From an uncultured Thermus sp. (GTDB lineage Bacteria > Deinococcota > Deinococci > Deinococcales > Thermaceae), in assembly GCA_947085095.1 (NCBI GenBank), contig CAMTVD010000027.1, positions 1 to 31,632 on the forward strand: 31,632 nt of DNA, in the 5' to 3' direction. The notes under the pieces were generated by a model. It had not been told where the DNA came from. It ran no database searches and saw only the letters and a list, made by a program, of their open reading frames with translations. Shown here piece after piece: positions 1 through 7,079 of this stretch (positions within the stretch are counted from its first letter, which is position 1; the number at the start of each line of letters is the position of its first letter). The position numbers were made by a program, and so were the translations under genes.

Positions 1-135
1 CCATGGCGGCCCAGAGGCGGGTTTTCTTGTGGGTCTTCGGGTCCAGGGAGAGTTCCAGCAGGAGCCGGTCCTCCTCAGGGGTCAGCTGGATCTGAAGAGG
101 GGCTGCCATGTTGACATGATAAGGGGTTGGCACTT
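1..135 (-). mobile_element. Left end of a probable IS630-family insertion sequence; transposase N-terminus starts at ATG 109 and runs off the window
   Basis: Minus strand from 109 reads MAAPLQIQLTPEEDRLLLELSLDPKTHKKTRLWAAM, which resembles the N-terminal HTH region of IS630-type transposases of Thermus/Meiothermus. TATCAT -10 at 116-121. The element appears to begin at the TA of the upstream gene's TAA stop (134-136); IS630 elements target TA. Not in the supplied ORF track, and the exact end is inferred. Confidence 0.65.
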
Positions 136-1147
136 AGTGGGGGTGGGGATGGTCCGGAGGGCCGCCCCTACCCCCCTGAAAGGCCCAGGCGGCCACCAGG
201 GTGGTGAGGGGAACCGCCAGGAGAAGCCCCAAAGAGCCCAGAACCATGGCGGCGATCTCAGCGGCGAAGGGCTCGGTGTTGAGGAGGAAGCGCAAGGGGG
301 TGGGATCCTTGGTGAGGAGGAGAAAAAGGGGCAGGGAGCCCGCGGCGTAGGCCAGGACCAGGGTGTTCACCAGGCTGCCGATGTGGTCGTAGCCCACCTC
401 CATCCCCCTTCGGTAAAGCTCCCCCAGGCCAAAGCGGGGGTTGGCGTGGGCCAGGGCCTGGACCACGGCCGCCTGGGTCACGGTCACATCGGTCAGGGCC
501 CCCAAGGCCCCCACCACCACCCCGGCCAGGTAAAGGGAAAGGAGGTCCACCCCACCCCACTGCCTGAGGAGGAGGGCCTCCTCCGAGGCCAAGCCGGTGA
601 AACCCATGGCCTCCACGAAGAAGAGGCTCAGGAAGAGGACGAAGACCACGGAGAGCAGGGTACCGAGGAGGGCCGCCGTGGTCTTCCGGTTCACCCCGTG
701 CACCAGGTAAACGGTGAGGAGAAGGACCCCCAGGCTCCCCAGGAGGGCGAAGAGGAGGGGGTTCCCCCCGGAGGCCACCTGGGGCACGATGAAGTAGACC
801 ACCACCAGGAGGCTCAAAAAGGTGCCCAGAAGCCCCCGCACCCCCTTGCCCCGGCCCAGGAGGGCAGCGAAGAGGGCGAAGAGGGAAAAGAGCCCGAGAA
901 GCCAGAGCATCCGGTCGGGTTCGGTCACGTAAAGCCGCCCCCCCTCCCCATAGAGGACCACCCGCATCCCTGGGCGGTAATCCCCGCTGTCCGCGGGGAG
1001 CAGGGCTTCCCGCACCTCTTGCCGGACCTCAACCCGGGCCACCCCTCTTTCCCAATCCAGGGCCAGAATCCGGCCCAGGAGGTACCCTTCCGTTCCCTGG
1101 GCGAAGGTGGGAAGAAGCCAGAAGACCAAGAGGACCAGAGGCCGCAT
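134..1147 (-). CDS. YibE/F-family membrane protein with signal peptide and His-rich C-terminus
   Basis: Multiple TM segments. Motifs GFTGL..EE, GVVVGALGALTDVTVTQA and G.DHIGSLVNTLVLAYAAGSLP are typical of YibE/F. Ends DHPHPH. Confidence 0.85.
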   Translation of the reverse strand: MRPLVLLVFWLLPTFAQGTEGYLLGRILALDWERGVARVEVRQEVREALLPADSGDYRPGMRVVLYGEGGRLYVTEPDRMLWLLGLFSLFALFAALLGRGKGVRGLLGTFLSLLVVVYFIVPQVASGGNPLLFALLGSLGVLLLTVYLVHGVNRKTTAALLGTLLSVVFVLFLSLFFVEAMGFTGLASEEALLLRQWGGVDLLSLYLAGVVVGALGALTDVTVTQAAVVQALAHANPRFGLGELYRRGMEVGYDHIGSLVNTLVLAYAAGSLPLFLLLTKDPTPLRFLLNTEPFAAEIAAMVLGSLGLLLAVPLTTLVAAWAFQGGRGGPPDHPHPH

Positions 1148-1153
1148 GGGGCC

Positions 1154-1194
1154 ACTCTACCCCAGTGAAAAGGGCTTCTCAAGTTTGCTATCCT
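1154..1194. promoter_or_regulatory. Overlapping divergent promoters (yibE/F and fur) with a candidate operator palindrome
   Basis: Minus strand: TTGAGA (1177-1182), 17 bp, TAGAGT (1154-1159), 6 nt, ATG. Plus strand: TATCCT (1189-1194), 6 nt, ATG 1201. Imperfect palindrome TGAAAA-GGGC-TTCTCA at 1166-1181. Confidence 0.55.
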
Positions 1195-1200
1195 TGGGCC

Positions 1201-1581
1201 ATGGAGCGCTCCACGAGGCAACGGCGGGCCATCCGGGAGGTCTTCCTGGAAACGGACCGCCCCCTCTCCCCCCAGGAGGTGCTGGCCATGGCCAAAAGAA
1301 GGGTCCCCTCCTTGGGCCTGGCCACGGTCTACCGCACCCTGAAGGGCCTGGTGGAGGAGGGGTTTCTCACCCCCGTGGCCCTGCCCGGGGAACCCCCCAG
1401 GTACGAGCGGGCGGGCCGGGAACACCACCACCACTTCTTCTGCCGTCTCTGCGGCCGGGTCTACGAGCTCTGGGGCTGCGACCTCGCGGTGGACGGCATC
1501 CTGCCCTCTGGCTTCCAGGCGGAGGCCCACGAGGTGACCGTGTACGGACGCTGTCCGGAGTGCTACTCCCAGGCGGGATAG
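1201..1581 (+). CDS. Fur-family metalloregulator (Zur-like)
   Basis: STRQRRAI, SLGLATVYRTL (HTH), HHHHFFCRLCG and C-terminal GRCPEC. Start moved to ATG 1201, which follows a -10 box. Confidence 0.9.
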   Translation: MERSTRQRRAIREVFLETDRPLSPQEVLAMAKRRVPSLGLATVYRTLKGLVEEGFLTPVALPGEPPRYERAGREHHHHFFCRLCGRVYELWGCDLAVDGILPSGFQAEAHEVTVYGRCPECYSQAG

Positions 1582-1961
1582 AGGGCCAGGGGTTTGTTCC
1601 AGCGCACCTCCTCCAGGGCCCGGTCGTGGCGCAAGAGGGCAGCCAGGCGGGCGCGGGAGTAGACCCTATAGGGCTCCTTGGGGATGAAGGCGGTGACGAT
1701 GTCCACCTGCCTTGGGGGGGTGTAGTCCAGGACCACGTGGAGGGGAAGCTTGAGCCTGGGAGGGAAGACCATGTACCCCAAAACCAGCATCCTCCTGTCC
1801 TCGGGGTAGATGCAAAGCTCCCGCCCCCACTCCAGGGCCCTGAGGACATCCAGCTCGGTAAAGCCCTCCTGGAGCATGTGCTTGGCCACGTGGGGCCCCA
1901 GGCGGTAGCGGCCTTCCTTCAGGAGGGGCAGGAGGTCTTCTAGGCGGCGGAGCTTCCTCAT
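1563..1961 (-). CDS. DUF4258-like protein (132 aa)
   Basis: The real gene is the last 132 aa of the 608-aa ORF: AGGAGG SD before ATG 1961, TAAACT -10 at 1981-1986. Pattern YRLGPHVAKHM...DV..AL..G....YPED...LVLG...PLHVV...IVTAF.P matches DUF4258. Confidence 0.75.
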   Translation of the reverse strand: MRKLRRLEDLLPLLKEGRYRLGPHVAKHMLQEGFTELDVLRALEWGRELCIYPEDRRMLVLGYMVFPPRLKLPLHVVLDYTPPRQVDIVTAFIPKEPYRVYSRARLAALLRHDRALEEVRWNKPLALYPAWE

Positions 1962-2027
1962 GGTCCCTCCTTGGAGAGCCAGTTTACGCCTCCTCCCGGC
2001 CCCGGGAATGTGACCGGGGAAGGAAGC

Positions 2028-2056
2028 TTGTCCGGGACTCCCACCAAGCCTAAGAT
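2028..2056 (+). promoter_or_regulatory. SigmaA-type promoter for the BTAD regulator
   Basis: TTGTCC (2028-2033), 17 bp, TAAGAT (2051-2056); GTG at 2067. Confidence 0.55.
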
Positions 2057-2066
2057 GGGGTCCAGG

Positions 2067-2825
2067 GTGGCCCTCCGCTGGCAAAGCCCGGTCTACCTGC
2101 AAAGGGAGAGGCTCCTTTCCCTTTTGCCGGAGGAGCCGGGCTTTGTGGTCCTCCTCGAGGCCCCGGCGGGCTTCGGCAAGAGCGTCCTGGCGGGGCAGCT
2201 GGCGGGCCGCCTGGGGATCCGCACCCTCTGGGCCAGCGCCCACCTGGGGGAGGTGGTCCTCACGGGAAGGCTCAGGGAGGTCTTCGCCCTTCTCCTCCTG
2301 GGCCTGCCCCGGGAGGAGATCGCCTTCCTCCTCTGGCCCGACCTCCCCGAGGCGGCGGCCCTGAACAACCTCTCCGTCTGGCTTTCCCGCCTGCGCAAGG
2401 CCCTGGAGCCCTGGGGCGCCTCCACCTACCTGAGGGAGGAGGGCCTGGGCCGGGTGGAAAGCGACCTCATGGCCCTCGAGGCCGCCTTGGACCGAAAGGA
2501 CGCAGAGGAGGCCCTGAAGCTCTACCAGGAGCCCCTCTTCCCCGGGGTGGACCTGCCCCTGGCGGACCGGAAACGGGAGGAGGTCCACCACCGCCTGCGC
2601 ATGCCCTTTCTGAAGCAGGAGGACCCCCGGTACCAGGAACGCCTCCTGGAGCTGGACCCCCTGGACGAGGAGGCCCTCCTGCCCCTGGTGGAGAAATGCC
2701 TCAAGAGGGGACAGAAGGGCCGGGCCCTCAGGGCGCTCCAGGCCTACGAGAAAAGGCTCTGGGAAGAGCTGAGGGAGAAGCCCTCCTCTGAGGTGGAGGC
2801 CCTCCGCCGCCGCCTCTGGACCTAG
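2067..2825 (+). CDS. wHTH-BTAD (SARP-like) transcriptional regulator with a truncated N-terminal P-loop fragment; probable in-frame deletion derivative
   Basis: RERLL...LEAPAGFGKS (MalT-type Walker A) is followed about 20 aa later by a wHTH (REEIAFLLWPD...ALNNLSVWLSRLRKAL) and BTAD (LYQEPLFPG, LLELDPLDEEA, Y..RLWEELREKPS). Start uncertain (2055 or 2067). Confidence 0.75.
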   Translation: MALRWQSPVYLQRERLLSLLPEEPGFVVLLEAPAGFGKSVLAGQLAGRLGIRTLWASAHLGEVVLTGRLREVFALLLLGLPREEIAFLLWPDLPEAAALNNLSVWLSRLRKALEPWGASTYLREEGLGRVESDLMALEAALDRKDAEEALKLYQEPLFPGVDLPLADRKREEVHHRLRMPFLKQEDPRYQERLLELDPLDEEALLPLVEKCLKRGQKGRALRALQAYEKRLWEELREKPSSEVEALRRRLWT

Positions 2826-3436
2826 GGGTAGGGCCCCAGGGCCCCTGGGTCCCTGACCGCAAGAAAGGCCCCGTAGACCCGGGAAGCCCCGGCCCGCTCC
2901 AACGCCCCCCTGGCCCTGAGGAAGGTGGCCCCGCTGGTGAGGACATCGTCCACCAGAAGCCAGGCCCCCTGGACGCGGGCCACCGGAGCAAAGAGGTCGT
3001 CCGGAAGCCTTCCCCGAGCCCGACCCCGGGTGGGCTGGCCTGGGGTGTAGCGCACCCTCCGGAGAACCCTCCTGTAGGGCACCCCCAGGAGGCGGGCCAC
3101 CTCCCTGGCCAGGACCTCGGGCGGGTGATACCCCCGGAGAAGGAGGCGGGGGAGGAGGGTGGGGACCGCCGTCACCCCGGCAAGGGCCCAGCCCTGGGCG
3201 CGCACGCCCTCTGCCAGGGGCCGGGCCAGAAGGGGGGCAAGCCCCAAGCGCCCTCTGTACTTCAAAGCCCGGACCACCCCTCCCCACTCCCCGTAGGGCC
3301 CCAGGTAGACCATCTCCCCCCGGGTAAGAACGCCCAGCCGCGCCCGGCAGCTGGCGCAGAGGAGAGGCCCGTCCAACCTGCCCCCGCACCCCGGGCAGGC
3401 GTGGCCCAAAAGCCCCTCAAGAAAGCCCCAAAGCAT
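2822..3436 (-). CDS. comF: ComF-family competence protein (zinc ribbon + phosphoribosyltransferase-like domain)
   Basis: CPGC...CASC, LKY.G, VP......RGY, LLVDDVLTSGAT. ATG 3436 overlaps the mtnA 3' end. Confidence 0.88.
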   Translation of the reverse strand: MLWGFLEGLLGHACPGCGGRLDGPLLCASCRARLGVLTRGEMVYLGPYGEWGGVVRALKYRGRLGLAPLLARPLAEGVRAQGWALAGVTAVPTLLPRLLLRGYHPPEVLAREVARLLGVPYRRVLRRVRYTPGQPTRGRARGRLPDDLFAPVARVQGAWLLVDDVLTSGATFLRARGALERAGASRVYGAFLAVRDPGALGPYP

Positions 3437-4409
3437 CCCGCAACGCCTCGTCAAAGGGGGGGTAAAAGACCCCCTTTTCCGTGATGATCCCCGTGAGCAA
3501 GCGGTGGGGGGTGACGTCAAAGGCAGGGTGGTAGGCGGGAAAGCCCTCCGGGGCCAGGCGCACCCCCTTTAGGGTGAGGACCTCCTCCGAGGGTCTTTCC
3601 TCAATGGGAATGCCCTCCCCGGTGGGAAGCTTTGGGTCCACGGAGGCGAGGGGCAGGGCCGCGTAGAAGGGGATACCGTGGTGGTGGGCCAGGACCGCCA
3701 GGGCGTAGGTGCCGATCTTGTTGGCGAAGTCCCCGTTTAGGGCCATCCGGTCCACCCCCACGATGACGGCGTCCACCTGGCCCCTTTGCATGAGAAAGCC
3801 CGCCATGTTGTCGGCGATGAGGGTGGCGGGGACCCCGGCCCTTTTGAGCTCAAAGGCGGTGAGCCTGGCCCCTTGCAGGTAGGGCCGGGTCTCGTCCACC
3901 CAGACGTGGCGCACCCGGCCCTGGCGGTGGGCCTCGAGGACCGCCCCCAGAGCGGTCCCATACCCCCCGGTGGCCAGGGGGCCGGTGTTGCAGTGGGTGA
4001 GGACCTGGCCCCTCAGGACCCTGGCCCCGTGCTGGCTGATGGCCCTTTCCGTCTCCTCCACCTCCCGCCAGAGGGCCCGGGCCTCCTTTAGGCTTCCCTC
4101 CAGGCTCCCCCAGTGGGGGCGCATCCGGTCCAGGGCGTGAAAGAGGTTCACCGCCGTGGGGCGGCTTTGCCTGAGAAGCTGGTCCGCCTCCAAAGGGTCC
4201 TCCCCCCTAAGGTGGGCCAGGACCATGCCGAAGGCGGCGGAAACCCCGATGGCCGGGGCCCCCCGCACCACCATGTCCCGGATGGCCCGGGCCATCTCCC
4301 GGGCGGTGCGCACGGGCACCCAGGCCTCCTCCTCAGGAAGGCGCCTCTGGTCCAAGAGCCAGAAGACCCTCTCCTCCTCGTCAAAACGGAAAGGCAAAAG
4401 GCGCTCCAC
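3417..4409 (-). CDS. mtnA: S-methyl-5-thioribose-1-phosphate isomerase
   Basis: LLDQRRLP, MVVRGAPAIG, SRPTAVNL, LTHCNTGPLAT, ETRPYLQGARLT, ANKIGTY, PAFDVTP. GTG 4409 preferred over TTG 4415. Confidence 0.93.
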   Translation of the reverse strand: MERLLPFRFDEEERVFWLLDQRRLPEEEAWVPVRTAREMARAIRDMVVRGAPAIGVSAAFGMVLAHLRGEDPLEADQLLRQSRPTAVNLFHALDRMRPHWGSLEGSLKEARALWREVEETERAISQHGARVLRGQVLTHCNTGPLATGGYGTALGAVLEAHRQGRVRHVWVDETRPYLQGARLTAFELKRAGVPATLIADNMAGFLMQRGQVDAVIVGVDRMALNGDFANKIGTYALAVLAHHHGIPFYAALPLASVDPKLPTGEGIPIEERPSEEVLTLKGVRLAPEGFPAYHPAFDVTPHRLLTGIITEKGVFYPPFDEALRDALGLS

Positions 4410-4425
4410 ACCCAAAGCTTACAGG

Positions 4426-4689
4426 CTAGCGGTAGGCGTCCTTGCGAGGCTTGATGCGGGCCACGGTGATGGTTCTGGTTTCCGGTTCCACCGTGTAAAG
4501 GAGCCTGTAATCCCCTACCCGCAGGCGATAAACGGAAGGAGGTCCGAAACCCCGCAACTTGCGCACGCCAGGAGGGAAGGGGTTTTCTTGCAGCTTGCGA
4601 AGAGCCTGGTCCACTCGCAATAACACTTCTTTAGGCAAAGCCCTCAGGTCCTTCTCCGCCGCACGGGTGAGGTAGAGGGCATACCTCAC
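4426..4689 (-). CDS. RelE/ParE-family type II toxin
   Basis: 87 aa, basic. AEKDLRAL...LQENPFP..VRKL.G...YRLRVGDYRLLYTV...RKDAYR. GTGA overlap with the upstream gene. Confidence 0.9.
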   Translation of the reverse strand: MRYALYLTRAAEKDLRALPKEVLLRVDQALRKLQENPFPPGVRKLRGFGPPSVYRLRVGDYRLLYTVEPETRTITVARIKPRKDAYR

Positions 4690-4892
4690 AGCTTCCCTTC
4701 AGCCTCCAAGGCCAAGCGGATTTCCTGGTAAGGGATGCGCTCCTCTTCCAAGGCCGCCAGGGTGTCCGCAAAGTCTTCCATCTCCTCCAACAGGCCCCGC
4801 AAAACCTCCCACTGCTCCTTGGGGACAAAGAGCATCACCCCCAGCTCGCGTCCCTCCTCGTCTTTAACCATCTGCAGGGTCCACCTACCCAT
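4686..4892 (-). CDS. Putative antitoxin (acidic, 68 aa)
   Basis: Small acidic protein directly upstream of and overlapping the RelE gene (LLEEMEDFAD...RIPYQEI). TATCCT -10 precedes the ATG. Confidence 0.75.
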   Translation of the reverse strand: MGRWTLQMVKDEEGRELGVMLFVPKEQWEVLRGLLEEMEDFADTLAALEEERIPYQEIRLALEAEGKL

Positions 4893-4907
4893 ACCCCCAG
4901 GATAGCC

Positions 4908-5969
4908 TCAAAGCAAGCGAAGCACCTTGTCGTCCCCGGGCCGCGGCCTGCCCCGCCCGTCCCGGTTGGAGGTGGTCACGTACAGGGCCCCGTCCGGCCC
5001 CACCTGGACCTCCCTGAGGCGGCCAAGGCCGGAGAGGACCGTTTCTACCCGGGCCACCCGCCAGCTCCCCCTTCCCCCCTGAAGCTCCAAACGCACCAGG
5101 ACCTCCCCCCTCAAGCCCGCCACGTAAAGCCCGCCCCGGAAGAAGGCCAGGTTCCCCGGGGGGAAGCCCTGGGGCCATAGATAAAGGGGGTCCAGGTACC
5201 GGGGGTCATTCCCCTGGCCCACCACCCGGGGCCAGCCGTAGTTGCCCCCGGGGAGGATCACGTTCACCTCGTCGTGGCCGAAGCCCTGTTCCCCGCTGGG
5301 CCCGTGCTCGCTGGAAAAAAGCTCCCCCGTATCCGGGTGCCAGGCCAGGCCCTGGGGGTTGCGGTGGCCATAGCTGTAGACCTCGGGCCTCGCCCCCCTC
5401 CTCCCCAGAAAGGGGTTTCCCGGGGCGGGCTCCCCCTCCGGGGTCAGGCGGAGGATCTTGCCCCCCAAGGAGGCCAGGTCCTGGGCCATTTCGCGCTCGT
5501 AGGCCTCCCCCGTGGTCACGTGGAGCATCCCGTCGGGGCCGAAAGCGATCCGCCCCCCGGAGTGGAGGCCATGGGCCCTCGCGGGGATCCCGTCCAGGAT
5601 GACCCTATCTAAAATCCCCCTTTCCCCCAGGTGCCTGAGGCGCACCACCTGGTTCCTCAGGCCCCCCTCCTCCACGGTGCGGTAGGCGTAGACGTAGGGC
5701 TCCTGAGGAAAGCGGGGGTGGAGGGCGAGGCCCAAAAGCCCCGACTCTCCCCGGGCGTAAACGGGAAGCTCGGCGTAGGGGGAAAGCCTCCCCCCCCGGA
5801 AAAGCCGGATCCGCCCCGGCCTCTCCGAGACCAGCATCCCCCCATCGGGCAGGAAGGCCAGGGCCCAGGGGACCTCGAGGCCCCCCACCACCTCCGCCAC
5901 CCTCACCCCCTGGCCCCGGGCCAGGGAAAGGCCTAAAAGGGCCAGAAGAACGCGCCTTCGGTTCAGCAC
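4908..5969 (-). CDS. PQQ-dependent aldose sugar dehydrogenase (YliI/Asd family), twin-arginine-like signal
   Basis: GLEVPWALAFLPDG, GESGLLGLALHP, HSGGRIAFGPDG, YGHRNPQGLAW, GNYGWP, GRLREV..GPDGALYVTTSN. N-terminus NRRRVLL. Confidence 0.9.
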   Translation of the reverse strand: MLNRRRVLLALLGLSLARGQGVRVAEVVGGLEVPWALAFLPDGGMLVSERPGRIRLFRGGRLSPYAELPVYARGESGLLGLALHPRFPQEPYVYAYRTVEEGGLRNQVVRLRHLGERGILDRVILDGIPARAHGLHSGGRIAFGPDGMLHVTTGEAYEREMAQDLASLGGKILRLTPEGEPAPGNPFLGRRGARPEVYSYGHRNPQGLAWHPDTGELFSSEHGPSGEQGFGHDEVNVILPGGNYGWPRVVGQGNDPRYLDPLYLWPQGFPPGNLAFFRGGLYVAGLRGEVLVRLELQGGRGSWRVARVETVLSGLGRLREVQVGPDGALYVTTSNRDGRGRPRPGDDKVLRLL

Positions 5970-6036
5970 CCTTACCCCCTTTCCCAGCCAGGCTACCGGA
6001 AGGCCGAGGCCAGGTCTGGGGGTCTAGAGCACATTC

Positions 6037-7068
6037 CTACGCCCGGGGGTCCAGGATCACCTTCACCCCCTGCCCCGAGGCCAAAAGCCCGAAGGCCTCC
6101 CGGTAGCGGCTCATGGGCAGGCGGTTGGTGATGAGGGGGGTGAGGTCCACCCGCCCGGAGTAGACCAGGGCCGTGCCCTGCATCCAGGTCTGCCAGAGCC
6201 TGCGCCCGGCGATGCCGTAGGCGGTGATCCCCCGCATGACCAGCTCCCCCGCCAGGTCAAAGCGGATGGGGTCCGAGGGGATGCCCAAAATCCTCGCCTC
6301 CCCCCCGGGGATCAGAGCCTGCAGGCCCTGGTGGATGGCACCTTCGTTCCCGGAAAACTCCAGAAGCACCTCCACCCCGTTTCCCGTCACCTCCCGCACC
6401 ACCTTTAGGAGGTCCTCCTCCAAGGGGTTGATGAGGCGGTCGGCGTAGGCCTTGGCGAAGGCCAGGCGGTAGGGGTTGGGGTCCGAGACCAAAATGGGTC
6501 CCGCTCCACTCGCCCGGGCCACCATGGCCGCCATGAGGCCGATGGGCCCCGCCCCCGTGATGAGGACGCTCTTTCCCGAGACCCCGCTCCCCGCGTACAC
6601 GGTGTGCACCGCGTTGCCAAAGGGTTCCAGGATGGCCCCCACCTCAAAGGGGAGGTCCTTGGGGTTGACCCAGGCGTTTTCCGCAGGGACCACCACGTAC
6701 TCCGCAAACCCCCCGTCCCGGTCCACCCCCAGGATCTGGGTGTTCAGGCAGACGTGGTAGTTGCCCGTGCGGCAGGCGGGGCAGGCGTGGCAGACGATGT
6801 GGCTCTCCAGGCTCACGTGGTCCCCCACCTGGGGGCGCTTCACCCCGGGCCCCACCGCCTCCACCACCCCGCTGAACTCGTGCCCCGTGATGAGGGGGGG
6901 GCGGATCCGCCCCCGGGCCCAGGCGTCCCAGCGCCAGATGTGCAGGTCGGTGCCGCAGATGCTGGCCGCTTCCACCCGCACCAACACCTCGCCGGGTCCC
7001 GGCTCGGGGATGGGGCGTTCCACCAGGGTTAGGCCTTCTTCCGGGGAAAGCTTGGCCAAAGCGCGCAT
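6037..7068 (-). CDS. tdh: L-threonine 3-dehydrogenase (343 aa)
   Basis: Starts at MRALAKL. Has ICGTDLH, GHEFSG, CHACPAC..G.YHVC, GAGPIG and [11 protein letters not shown]. The upstream part of the 577-aa ORF is out-of-frame tamB sequence. Confidence 0.92.
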   Translation of the reverse strand: MRALAKLSPEEGLTLVERPIPEPGPGEVLVRVEAASICGTDLHIWRWDAWARGRIRPPLITGHEFSGVVEAVGPGVKRPQVGDHVSLESHIVCHACPACRTGNYHVCLNTQILGVDRDGGFAEYVVVPAENAWVNPKDLPFEVGAILEPFGNAVHTVYAGSGVSGKSVLITGAGPIGLMAAMVARASGAGPILVSDPNPYRLAFAKAYADRLINPLEEDLLKVVREVTGNGVEVLLEFSGNEGAIHQGLQALIPGGEARILGIPSDPIRFDLAGELVMRGITAYGIAGRRLWQTWMQGTALVYSGRVDLTPLITNRLPMSRYREAFGLLASGQGVKVILDPRA

Positions 7069-7079
7069 ACGGGGGCATC

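Noticed and set aside
29..1168. 379-aa plus-strand ORF
   Set aside because: Antisense shadow of the YibE/F gene. High GC3 suppresses stops, and no family motifs are present.
2009..2024. CRP-like site between DUF4258 and the BTAD gene
   Set aside because: Only one TGTGA half-site is present, with no matching TCACA six bases later.
1962..3389. N-terminal ~475 aa of the 608-aa minus ORF (apparent large DUF4258 fusion)
   Set aside because: Off-frame of comF and antisense to the BTAD gene. DUF4258 has its own SD and ATG at 1961.
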